Shown here in pieces: positions 27,862 through 39,919 of a stretch of DNA of 64,000 nucleotides. A program made the translations under genes and the position numbers. The stretch covers positions 14,914,684-14,978,683 of the forward strand of contig OZ316896.1 in the NCBI GenBank assembly GCA_973895155.1, read 5' to 3'. Position 1 is the stretch's first letter, and each line of letters starts with the position of its first letter. This DNA is from Marsupella aquatica (taxonomy: Eukaryota; Plantae; Marchantiophyta). The notes below the pieces were generated by a model. That model saw only the letters and a program-made list of their open reading frames with translations, was not told the DNA's origin and did not search any database.

Positions 27862-30569
27862 TGTCCGCTGGCCATCTCCGTGTCGTCCGCCTCGTTCTCA
27901 GTGTCTCTGCCGTCCAGTCTGGTCTCGTCGTGAAAATGTCAACAGCTGCTCAGAAGCGTGACCCGATCAATGCCCGCCCCTCCCCGCCCCGCCCGCGCCA
28001 TTGGAAATTCGAAATAATCTCTCCGGTTCTCCGTTACCCCCTATGCCGGTCACATGTCCCGCTTCCGGGTCTGTTTTTCACTAAGCAACTAACTTTTAAG
28101 TATTTTCTAATTGACAATATTGTAACCCTTTTTTTTAATTTATAAAAATGCATTTATAAAAATGCCAGTTTTGTACATGGATAACAAATTCACCAGGATA
28201 GGCGAGTTTTTTTGTATTTATAAAACTGTCAGAGTTTTGTACATGGATAACAAGTTCACCATGATAACCATAGGAGCTATGTAAGGAAAATGTGGCACTT
28301 TTGTAAATACATAAAACGAATGGTAGTATTGTAAATTCAAACTTCTTTACTGGTAATGTAATTAAAAGTGCATTACTAAGTTACCCCCAAGATTGCACAA
28401 CTTTTTTAATTGCCCCCAAACCAATGTAATCTTCAAAGTTTTTCCTTATTAGCCTGAGTGGCCAATGTCAAGTGTGTGAAGGAGAAGTTAGGAATCTTCT
28501 TTATCTCCAATTCCTAAATTACTTTCTGACCATTAAATTTACCTATGTTAAATATTGCTCTAGTCTTGTGATTCATGAGCTAACCACAGTTAGTCTAACT
28601 CAGGTTAAGACTTAGCTAATGTTAGCGCCAGTGCTGTTGTGCATATAGCTAGGGCTGATGCCAGACCCAGGTGGAACTTAGGCTCATTGTTACGGAGCTA
28701 GTTACGGACCTCACTAGAGGTCCCTTCCAAAATTCCTGGCACCACAGCGTGCCATGTCAACAACAACCGCAACAAACAAGACTCGTCCGTTTTGTGAATC
28801 AAACTTATAGTTTTCATTCGTGTTTGTGTCAATTTGGGTGTAAATTTTGGGACGCGGTGCCGTAAAAAGAAAAGTAAAAACATTGGAAATGCAAAGAACA
28901 AGACGATTAAAACTGTCACTATGTAACCGTTTTAGTTACATTTCCAATTTTAAAACTTAAATTCAAAGATTTATAAAAAGTATTTATCGTATAATAAATA
29001 ATGACTAATAACTAACTTGATAACTTCCTTGTTAAACCACAACTCCCGGTATGTAAGGACCTCTCGTATTGTACAGCCATTACTGCTGGGAACAGCACAT
29101 AGAAACCTAGGATCAGGGAGGAGGAATGGCTGGAATCTTGAAAGTTCATCGAATTTTATACTCAAAACTATTTACTCATTCTGAAAACAAAAAAAATACC
29201 CAGTCGTAGATCTCATTGAGATCTTTCTTTTGCACCTTAGATCGCCTTCTAACATGGATGAATAAGATTTCTAGAGGCATTACAAAATGGATGGCAAAGA
29301 TCGTAAAATCAACAAAATCGACGGCTAGGAAGGCTTGGATTTGTTTAATTTTTCATTTGAAAAATAGTAACCCATTTGCAAAACGGACAGAACCCATCCA
29401 TAGATCTATTTGAGATCTTTCTTTTGATCCATAGATTGGCCATTATGATGGACGAACGAGATTTCCGAAGATAAGAAATTGAGACGGCTCAGATCGACTC
29501 TTCCCCCTGATTTTATTAGCCAAGGGGTCCATGAACTAATTGAGAGATAGAGAGAGTTTGTGCTGTGGATGTTTGGTATGGCCGGTCAGCCTAGAGTGCA
29601 GTAATTAAAGCTCTTGTGTGTTCCTGTGGACGTAGCCTCATGTGGAGGTGAACCACGTATCTCTCTGTGTCGACTATTGTGCGTTGGATGGTTCATGGGC
29701 TTGCCGTTACGAATGTCGTCTATACTCAACACCCTAGATTTAAGGAGAACCGTTAGATTCTGGCTGATGTATGGGGCTGTGATGAGGTGGAAAATTGACA
29801 TAAAAAAACTAACAATTTTTTGCTAAAAGTAAATGGTGAATACTTTTTGCAGTGGTGAAATCTAGCAAAAATTAGCCACCAACAAAACGCTGCCCTGAAA
29901 TGTTTTCATTAGTAAGTAGCCTATGGGATAATCTTAGCCCCACATTCCAATTGTTTATTATGGCGCAAATATTCCTTGCAAGCCCTTGCAAGGGAATAAA
30001 ACAGTAATCAATTTAATTTAGTTTAGGAGGTAACCTGGTATTTTTGTTCAATTCTGGGGGTGATATAATAAAAATGGTTCTTGGTAACGTGGAGTCCACT
30101 ACAAGAGTTCTGGTCAGTTTTTTTTGTAGTGAAGAAATATTGGCTAGTTTCACCTTAAATAGGAAAAGTCTTTTGGCTACATTAGCCAGCTTTTTTTAAT
30201 TACGGACCCCCATTAGGGGTCTCTTGCAAATTCTCTGTCATGAGGTTGCGCCACATCACCACAACCAGCCACAAACAGGAATGATCCTATTTTTAACAAT
30301 AACAAATGTGCACATTCCTGTTTGTGGCAAAAGCAACATAATTTTTGGGGCGCCATACCGTAAATATTAAACGTAAAAAAACCAAAATACAAAGAAAGAG
30401 ATGTCATTTAGTAAAACAAAGTTACCATTTTGATGTTTGTCAAAGATATATCAATGTTTTATATCAAAATGTTTGTATTTTCTAATTGTTTGTAAGTTTG
30501 AAAAAACCAATCGATAGAAATGTACATAGTTAAAACCTCTTTGGCTTCACATTGTAAACTAAATATTAA

Positions 30570-31055
30570 TAAATCTCCTTAGTACTTGATAAACTCTGTC
30601 AATGTTTGATTCATTGGAAAACTCAAGATCAAGATTTAGAAACTCGTGACCTCTTTAGTAATGTCTTGATAAAATCTCTCAACGTCACACTCATTAGAAA
30701 GCTATAGTAAAAGTAAAAACTCATCATCTCCTTAGTACTTGACAAAATCTATCAATGTTAGATTGATTGGAAAGTTAGAGAAATTTAGATACTCATGATC
30801 TCTCTATATATTGACAAATAATCTCAATGTCACACATTAGAAAGCTAAAGAAATTGAAAATCTCCTGATCTCTTTAATACCGTGACAAAATCTGACATTG
30901 AATTTGTCAATGTCAGACTCAATGTTGGAAAGCTAAAAGAATTCATGAACTCATGATCAAATTTTTTTATGCTCACACTCATTGGAAAGGCAAAGAAATT
31001 CAAAAACTCATATGGAACTTGACAAAATTTGTCAATCTGAGGCTCATTAGAAACC
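30570..31055 (+). repeat. Degenerate ~72-bp tandem array (~7 units), possibly a decayed LRR-coding tract
   Basis: Recurring CATTGGAAAGCTAAAGAAATT..AAAACTCATGATCTC..AGTACTTGACAAAATCT.TCAATGTCA.ACT; pieces translate as IGKLEKFR, IRKLKKLK, IGKAKKFK. Confidence 0.6.
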
Positions 31056-33000
31056 CATTCTCAATTAAGAGGTATCACAATCTCTTCACCATCATAAACT
31101 TAGCCGCTACAAATTGATTTCTTTGATTACGTCGTCATTGCTTGTCCACAATGAGTGCTTTCCGACTTGAATTGTTTGCATCTCTTAGATAGTCTTCAAC
31201 TAAAGTTCACTCTGAACACAGGTTGACGCCAAATACAGCCTCTATGTCAAAGAAACAATTGTTGGTCTTCCCCTCACACCATAACTTTTTTAAATAAAAA
31301 TAACTACAAATCTTTTGTGTGAAATGATGGCTCGTTCGTTTTGTGTGTTCTTCCCACTGAATCGACAAGCGCTCTTTAGCCAACAGCTGAGTGTTGTGCT
31401 CCAGTCTATCTTGTGACGGTAATGCTCAATGTAACTCACAAACAATCAATCAAGAATGGTTGAAACATGATTTCTCCAATGTGTAAGCAAAACCTGTCAA
31501 AAAACTCAATTCCTCCACATTCAACCTTCTGTTTGATAAATCTATATCTTTTGAGCATTTCTTTTGTGCAAGCACACACCAATACCATCGGGAGACTCAA
31601 AACCGTCAGTTACCGTCTTGCTGAAAATTGATTTCACTTAATCACACACACATTCCTTGGATGAACATGGGGGTCCACGGATTAATTTTATCTCGTGTAT
31701 AGCTAAAACTAGGTGGGTTTTTTTGGTTGTCTTCCAATAGCCAGTTTCCCACCTAGCCACAAAACCCCACTAAGCAGCATCTAGTGGTTTTCTGGAGAAT
31801 GCTTACAGTCATGAATCAATCCAGGAAATTCAGACAAGATGACATATGCCACCATGGCAAAAAAGAAAAATTAAAGCCTTTAATTTACGCTGGTTCTAGT
31901 GTCTAGACTAGACTCCAGAGAATCCTGACTCGCTTCCCAGGCAGTAGTGATCCCAATCGCAATAGAATGTACATAAAGGATAAAGCAAGTCTGGTCTCAA
32001 CTGGGTTACTAGCCTGTAATCATGTGACCAGAATCATGTGACCAGAAAGTGAAGGGCAACCAGGAAAGTTTTTTGCATTGAGCTTTCTTTGCCTGGAGCA
32101 GGGTTCAAGATAGAACCCTACCCAGACATGCATTATAGTAAGTAACTCTGTCCGGAAAAAGGTTACTAGTTTCTGGGCAACAGATTATGTGAATAGCAAG
32201 GGCCTCAAAAATTAGTTACATGCCAATAACCTGGCTTCCTGACATAATTTACAATCAGGAGGTCATACTTGGGTAATGGGTCAAGCCATTCTATCCAATG
32301 GCTGCTGGTAGGATCAATTCAAAACCACCCAGACATGACAGAACACACAGCCCGTGTTGTAGCACACTCCTCATAGTACCGTCCACCTTGCATAAGTAGT
32401 CTGCTAAAATTAGAGCTTCTTTTCTTGTAAATGCACCAAAAAAAGCAGATTTTACCCTTGCATCTAGACACTTACTAAAGGCCAATACATAAGTGCAATT
32501 TTTTCTAGAAATGCATATATGCTTTTATCCAATAATGCAGGGCCACCTAGAAGCATTTATTGATCAGGGCAATGGAGTATTATATAGAGTAGTTTTATGC
32601 ACTTATCCAATTGAATTGTACAATATGAGGACTGGGGGGTAGGAGTAGTCCTTTGTGTGACTGTCACTTGAGAGCACATGACTGTTGGGAAGTGCACAAC
32701 TAAAGGCAGCCATTTTCCATGCAGATATTGGCTAGTGCATACCTTGCCCATACTAGGAAGGACAAAAATGATTTCTCATGCACTTATCACATAGTGCATA
32801 TTGTGGATGGGTGCAGGGTTAAGCCTTCTTCCCGGGAGCACTTATGCACAGCAGACTGTGTAATGATTCAAAACAGGAGGTACCCACAAGGAGGATGGCC
32901 TAAAATCTTACCTCAAGCTTAGCTACTATTATTTTAATATTTTTTGAAATGTTAGTCCCTCGTATTATGTTTCATGCAAAATGTATGTATATATCCTGCC

Positions 33001-33077
33001 CATTTCCCCAGGGGGACATTTCACTGCTTCTGCTCATTTCCCCAGGGGGACATTTCACTGCTTCTGCTCATTTCCCC
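33001..33077. repeat. 34-bp tandem duplication
   Basis: CATTTCCCCAGGGGGACATTTCACTGCTTCTGCT x2 plus a partial third copy. Confidence 0.9.
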
Positions 33078-34398
33078 TGTCACTCTTGGTTTCTCCCTGT
33101 ACACTTGAGGCACTAGACAGACCTATTGTGTCTCTAGAGCCCTCACTTAGCTCGCTCAGTATGTTTAAAGCAAAACTAGGATGAAGACTAGTGGAGCACA
33201 AAGAAAAACAAAAGCCGAGGGCCAGAAAATGTCTGATGGGATGCCACAGCGCTGGCGACCCACAACCAGGAAACCCCAAGACACCATGCAAGCCAGGGGG
33301 CCTAGGAGTTACCAACCCATAACCTGGGTACAAATTCATAGAAAGAACTTTTTGCTGTAGTGTTATGGTTGATGGAGGATTGAAGATGAATATGATATGC
33401 AGCTCATACCTCGCGTATTGTCTCTTAAGTAAGCCAAAGCAGAGCATCTCGTTGATAGACTCAATCCAGGAGAAGTCCAGTCTCTTTAGGCAGTCTTTGG
33501 ACCCATCCAACACGGAACCTGTGTTGGATGGGTCAGCTTTCGGTATTCAAGGCAAAAAAAAAGACCACCAATCAGAAGAGGTAACTATTATGTATGCTTG
33601 GGAAGACGATCATGGCTACCTGGAGAAGTTCTTCGAGACGCCACTTTGTATCTCATTATCCAATTCCCTGTTTCGAATATCTTTCCGTTTGCAACACGGA
33701 ACCCCTTGGTTGCTGAGTTACGTTGAATTCCCCTTTTGGATATTTGCACTGATACTCCAGATTGCATAGGTTCCTCAGGAAAATTAGGTCAAAGTGTCGT
33801 CTAGTTTTGGAAAAAGTGTAGGATTTGCTAACAGATAATCCGTCCAGTAGCATGAGACAGGAGATCAATGTGAGTCTGTCAGTCATTAAACTAATTTTGG
33901 CCGACCACACTCCGATGTCAACATGGCAACCGCCGCAAGCACAACCGACTGAGGAACATTCTGCTGCATTTCTGAAGCGCTCCACGCGCGGTCCCACCAA
34001 ATTTTGTAAACTGTGAAAGCCCATTCTGCAAGTTTAGTTTGATTGACGGGATTGCCAGCACCTTCACGCCATCACACGTCAACTACATATGGATTGACGG
34101 CAGCCAGCCCGGATCTGCGAAAGTAACGAAGAGTTCCCGTATTTTCTGAGGCGCAAATTGGGAATTGACGACGTGATTACAAAGAGAAGCCATAACTGAA
34201 TTTGAAATCTTCGAGGAATGGAGCGAGGCAGAGAGATAAATAATACACAAAGTCGTGCTTCTCGATCATCAGTTGAGGTCAATTGGGGAAAGGCTTGCGT
34301 TTCTCGGGAACCAGCTTTCTGTCTGAGACAACCCCTGTGCTGCGAGGGTTTGTAGCGTTGCAGTGACTACGTGAGAGAAATATCAGTAGCCAATTAGG

Positions 34399-35247
34399 AT
34401 GGTGGCGCGGAAAGAGAGCAATCCTTTCGACGAGGATGATGTGAACCCGTTCTCTGATCCAGTTGTCCGTAACCAAGCGGCAAGGGACGCTCGAGGGGAT
34501 GCTATTGTGGACATGCCGTTGGGAGGAGCAAAAGAACTGCAAAGGAAGGAGAGAGAGTTGAGCCTGAAAGAAGATGAGTTGAACAGGAGGGAGGCAGATG
34601 TGATACGGAGGGAGCAGGCAATAGCCAGAAGTGGCATTAAGATCTCGGACAAGAATTGGCCTCCACTAGTACCAATCAAGCTTCTCAGTCATGATATTCA
34701 GAAAGACATTCCTCTCCATTTGCAACGTCTGCAGAAATTTGCGTATACGAGCTGGCTCGGAATCCTGTTCACCTTGGTCTGGAACTTTATCGCTGTAACG
34801 GGAGCATGGATAAGTTGGCCCATCTCACTAGGAAGCTATGGTGTGCAGATCTGGTTACTTGCAATCATCTACATACAAGCTGGCTTCCCTTTGTCATACT
34901 TCTTATGGTATCGGCCACTGTATCTTGCCATGAAGAGTGGGAGCGGATTCAGATTTGGATGGTTTTTCGTCTTTTACATGGTACACATTCTCTTCTGCAT
35001 TTTTGCGGCTGTTGCTCCTCCAATTGCTTTCAAAGGCCTATCGCTTACCGGAATCTTGTCAGCAATACGACTCTTCCCTCACAGCACAGCTATAGGGGTG
35101 TTGTATTTCGTCGGATTTAGTTTCTTCGTCGCTGAGATACTTCTCAGTGTATGGGTTCTCTTGAGGGTCTATCACTACTTCAGGGGCACAGGAACAGAAG
35201 CAGAGGCGAAGCGCCGCGCAGCACTTGAGCAACAAGGAAACTATTAG
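34399..35247 (+). CDS. Secretory carrier-associated membrane protein (SCAMP), single exon, 282 aa
   Basis: N-terminal NPF motifs ([13 protein letters not shown]), coiled coil ([21 protein letters not shown]), [14 protein letters not shown]-peptide [10 protein letters not shown] and four TM helices in an uninterrupted ORF. Confidence 0.93.
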   Translation: MVARKESNPFDEDDVNPFSDPVVRNQAARDARGDAIVDMPLGGAKELQRKERELSLKEDELNRREADVIRREQAIARSGIKISDKNWPPLVPIKLLSHDIQKDIPLHLQRLQKFAYTSWLGILFTLVWNFIAVTGAWISWPISLGSYGVQIWLLAIIYIQAGFPLSYFLWYRPLYLAMKSGSGFRFGWFFVFYMVHILFCIFAAVAPPIAFKGLSLTGILSAIRLFPHSTAIGVLYFVGFSFFVAEILLSVWVLLRVYHYFRGTGTEAEAKRRAALEQQGNY

Positions 35248-36639
35248 AGCACCAGGAGACTATATATTAGAGCAGTAGATAACTTAGCGGAATTTGTGTG
35301 GTAGGGTGATCAATCTCTGTATCAATATATCCAAGTTTCTTTCTTTACGTGCTCATGATGTTCTTCAGGGATGATAGTTCACTCTCTATTCAACTGGGCT
35401 TTGAGTGACTTCTTTGGTAAACTTTAGCGATTCTGTTTAGAATAAGGAAAATGTGTAAAAGGTCGCCAGAACCGAAAGACAAACTGGACTCGATATACCG
35501 TAGCATGTCATTCTATATATTTGGGAGATAACAAAGGCAAAGTAAAAGTGTGCACGTACTGCATGGCACTGCTGTCTCATGCGTTTCTCGTCGCGCAACT
35601 GCCAACTGCATTTCTCGATGACATGATCCTTGGATGTACGTCCAAGCCACAGGACGTTAGAACACAATGAAGAATGTGCTCGGACTCTCAACATTTTCAG
35701 CAATACCAAAGGTCGCTAAGCTCACCTCAAAGCTGAGGTACACTTTCTCGCGCTTTTCACTTCGCTCCAGGTGGTGAAGGACCAGAGTTCAGATTTTTCA
35801 GCTAGTTCTGAGTGGTTCTGAGTGGTTCCTCTCTGACTGGTTTCCAGTAAAATACTCTGGACGTACTCTAATAACTATTCAAAGGAAAGCTCAAAGCTCG
35901 AGCCTCGTCAGTTTGGTACAGAGTTATTTTTGGTTCTATCTTGTTTAGAAGGATAATAATATTGACTTGTCGATCTCCATCACAAAATCCAATCATGGTC
36001 ATGGAATTCGAGAAGAGCCACCACATATTTAGTCACTGGTGCAACCAACCAACTTTATTTCCGCCAAACCAAACCGATAGCTTTCAGCTTAAGGGGTACA
36101 AGATACACAAGATGCATGAAGAGCCCATGGCTTTGTTCTCCTAAAGTGCGTTTGGCCCAAAAAACCAACTAAGATATGAAAACCTAGGAAAAGGCAGTTA
36201 AAAACACCCGTAAAAACATGACGGCATCTAAAATGATGAATCCTATGATCGTAAGGAGCCTAATGTAAACCTGTCAGCTGACAAAATAAATGAATCGAGA
36301 ACCTGCAGATAAGCCTTTCCACCTCTGAAGTTCCCAGCCCAGGCAACCAAAAACAGGGAAAGTGCCTTTCTAGGACAGATCAACTGAATCCTACTGGTCT
36401 GTACTTTGTAGATTCTGATCAGCATTGCTCCAATGAAAGTGTAACTGAGATCCTTCAAATGTAAATTTCATCTACGAACAAAGAGCCCCTATGTGAAGAA
36501 GTTAAACATATTCAATTTGCAGAACGAGATTTTGCACAAAAACAGAACGAACTGTTCACAAAGGCATGTGTGAGATTTTCAGACCCAAGAATAGCATTTC
36601 TTTTGCCTTGAAACCAAAAGCAGACCCAGGATAGACAAT

Positions 36640-36793
36640 TTACTCAGGCACACCTCTGAGAAACCAGCCAGGACTAGCACCACTACCAACCCAAACACAC
36701 ACTCCCTCCACAACCCTTGCATGTGGAGGGGGATTGAACCTGGGACCTCTCAGTTCTACTAGGCTATTCCCCAACTGACCAAAACCAGGTGCC
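36640..36793 (-). mobile_element. tRNA-derived SINE-like element
   Basis: Minus strand begins GGCACCTGGTTTTGGTCAGTTGG (A-box-like), has GGTTCAATCCCC (B-box) about 30 bp later, then a non-tRNA body. No clear TSD or tail. Confidence 0.55.
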
Positions 36794-37804
36794 GTTAAGT
36801 GTAGCATTTCTTGGCTTGCAAGTGAGGGAAGAAGCAGCCGGTCTTTAGGGAGCCTTTTATAAGATTCTGATAATAAGCATAGACTGAGCTTCAGTGATTC
36901 TCTTGTCCATTTCATACATGCATCAGTCAGTAATTAATACCAACTGTAGAACCATGGGGGTTTGTATGCTGCGAGGAAACAGGAGAAATTGAGTGACAGC
37001 GAGGTTAATGTTTGCTAGCGAGGTAAAACTAATGGTCAGAGTGGGAGATTGGGAGAAATGAATCTTTTTTCCAGAATGGGATCATTCCATTTTATGTCCA
37101 GCGAGGTCGCTAGCCTTCAATCATTGACAAACCATATGAATATACACAAGTGAAACGCCAGGCGGATATGAAAAGGCATAGTGAATGAATGAACTCAGAT
37201 TTAAAACCCGTTTTAAAAGTCATGTCTCCACAAAATTTACTGCCTTTAATACTTTGTCAAAACTGACAGTAAGTTTGAGTAAACATTGCAGGGATATCCC
37301 TCTATTCCCTCAAAAATCAGAAGACAGTCACTTGAATGACTTTCATCCGACTCGATCTATATCATTCCTACTACTAGAATTGCTCTGGTCACTGCTGAAA
37401 TCCCGATCAGTTGACTTTGTCAGCAGACTCATCAACATATTGTTTAACAAGGCATGCCTCATCGTCAACAAAAGGCAAGCAATATAAATTTCGTCTAGCG
37501 CCACGATGTGACCTACGACCTTTGCCTTCCCAGGTGACTACAAAAGCATTATCCGACTGAATCGTCGACTTCTCTGCATAGCAAGGCAGAATAAACGTCT
37601 TCTGAGGGGAAACAATGGAAGATTCTTCAATCTTCCTTCGAAGCCAAGATCTCTCTTCAGAAAACCAGTTGACACGAGTATGTCTGAAATCAGAAAAACA
37701 ATTAGAGCACTATGAATGAAACATCCAATCAAAAGACAATAGAAAGCTTCAACAGCCAATTGATTAAATCAAAGGGATCTGGTATAAGCGAGAGGATCAG
37801 TACA

Positions 37805-39138
37805 CTACTCCAGGTCAAATTCATCATCACCATCTTTTGAATCAGGAACATTAGGAGCTCCATCTTTGTTTTTTCCACTCTTTGATCCTGCAAGAGAAAA
37901 TTCATCATCTGAATCGAAGTCCTCCAAAGTTTCAGTGAGGTCTTCAATTTTCTTGTGTCTCTCAAGAACACTCTTCAATGCCTTCTCCACAGCACCATGG
38001 AGAACATCCCTGTCCTCGACCCCAACAACAAACCTCCCAGAGAGTTCTCCAACTGAAAATGAACTACCGTCTCCAATATTCCAATCAAGCACAATGTCTC
38101 TAGGCTTTGTGAGAAGCTCCATAACAGACTGCATGAATCCAACAGACAACCGACAAGAAACGGAAAAAGCTAACTCTGCCCGAGACTCTGCCCTGGTATC
38201 CCTTTTTGGATAACAAAGACTCAACATCGTCTTATCTGATGCATCTTCAGACGTGGCCAGAGGGACATACTCCGGGTCCTTTGAATTGGGATCTTCCCAC
38301 TGAATTCAACTCAACAAAAGACATCCAGCCTTAAGTTGCAAACCTGGAAAATAACAAAAAAATGTCAATTCATGAGTCAAGGAAGGCCAGCGAGATCGCT
38401 GTCAAAACAACATCCTATTTAATCCTGCAAAAATTACTCAAATCTCACCTCAATGTTCATGTCTGGCATCCACATCGGGGACCCCAATAAAATGTGGTAC
38501 TTCCGAAGGTGTTTTAAATTTGTTCCGCTGTTCAACAACAGCAAAAATTTGCTTTGTGTGGTTCAATTCTCCACTGTGGAGAACGGCCACATACCCATCA
38601 TCAGACAACATGGGCCTCATCACTCCAAAGAAATAGTAAGGGAGCTTCTCTGAAACCCAGACATTCCACTGAGGAACTTCCACATCGATCAGTGACACGA
38701 GGCCTCAGCCCAGTCAGAAGAGCTATGAACCCCAGATGGGCACCGGTTCCATTGTAAGGCTTCCCGGCCCGTTGATATATATTTAAGGGATTTGGGTGTT
38801 CCAGAAGAACTTGAAATCTCCGAAAGCCATTGATCCCCCTCCCCCATCCAAGAAAGTCAAACCTTCTTCATACTTATCAAGTCAGCCGTCAAACTGAGAT
38901 TACTCTTTGCAAGGAAATGTCTAAATGTCTTCTTCCATCCAACTGGAGTCCACAGAGCCTTGTCACACCCTCTCGGATTGAAATTTCTTCCTCATTAGAA
39001 TCTGACAACACTTGAACCTTTCTCTTCTTTTTCAGCCTTTGGGACCCTGACTTATCACCTCCTGGTTTAGTCACAATTTCAAAATCGGGTGACTCAGGCT
39101 CAACAAGATCCTCCTGACGACCATTATTCACAGTTTGA
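37805..39138 (-). pseudogene. 3' part of a decayed gene with a beta-class N4/N6 DNA-methyltransferase-like C-terminal domain (interrupted by CACTA copy 1)
   Basis: FMQSVMELLTKPRDIVLDWNIGDGSSFSVGELSGRFVVGVE resembles the SAM-binding block LLERLI...T.PGDIVLDPF.GSGTT.......GR.FIG.E. Upstream are AHLGFIALLTGL (possible degenerate D/SPPY region) and MRPMLSDDGYVAV (R.LK.GG-like). GT-AG intron at ~38448-38345; stops and frameshifts present. Confidence 0.6.
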
Positions 39139-39159
39139 CACTACAACACAATGACCCTC

Positions 39160-39665
39160 TTTTGCGAAACACCCTCCCTCGCATGCAACAAAGGAAACAA
39201 TATCGGCCAACTCCTTGTTGCGAAACGCCGCGCATCTCAACATCTTCGCTCTTTTCCATGCCCACACCTTCGCAACCGGACCTTTGCAAAAGCTTCGCAC
39301 TTTGCGACTCTTTTAAAATCGCAAAACTGCGATGCCATACCTAACGCAATATTTGCGAAATAGGAACTATAGGAGCGTTTGCAATTCGCCGACAAACACT
39401 AATGTAGCGATGCTTAAATCATCGCCAGATTGCGATTTAGGACACATCGGTAGATTGCGAGCCATTTTTTCTCTCAATACTGCGATACATTTATATTCGC
39501 TACATTTGCGAAATTAAACACATCTCAAACGTGCGGAAATCATGTGTTCGCATATTTGCGATTGACAAAATGTCGCAAAATTTGCGAGGATGAGCGGTTA
39601 GAACATTTTGCGATGGTTGTGTCTTGGCTATTTGAGATGACATCTGGTTCTCAAGTGTTTCGCAA
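39160..39665. repeat. Left subterminal repeat region of CACTA copy 1
   Basis: Many TTGCGA/TCGCAA motifs in both orientations. Confidence 0.85.
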
Positions 39666-39919
39666 AAGGTATTTTTGAAGTATTAGGGTATAATAGGGTT
39701 TAGTGGTTTAGGGAGACAATTCATACAGTTGAAGGAGGGAGAAAACGGATGTAGGTAGACTGGAATGCCGCGATTAAAATGGCATTACTCAAAATGTACA
39801 AAAGTTACAAAATGGAAGCGTAAGAACCCTTATCTAAAAGTTGCATGTCCATGCTAATCCCCCTATACATGTGAACTACCTAAGTCTCTAGGGTAATCTA
39901 GGCACCTATCTAGATAGAG

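Noticed and set aside
33055-33769. Overlapping 152-aa and 134-aa ORFs upstream of SCAMP
   Set aside because: No recognisable motifs or exon structure.
36720-36793. Functional tRNA gene
   Set aside because: A and B boxes are present, but I could not build a convincing acceptor and anticodon stem; treated as a SINE head.
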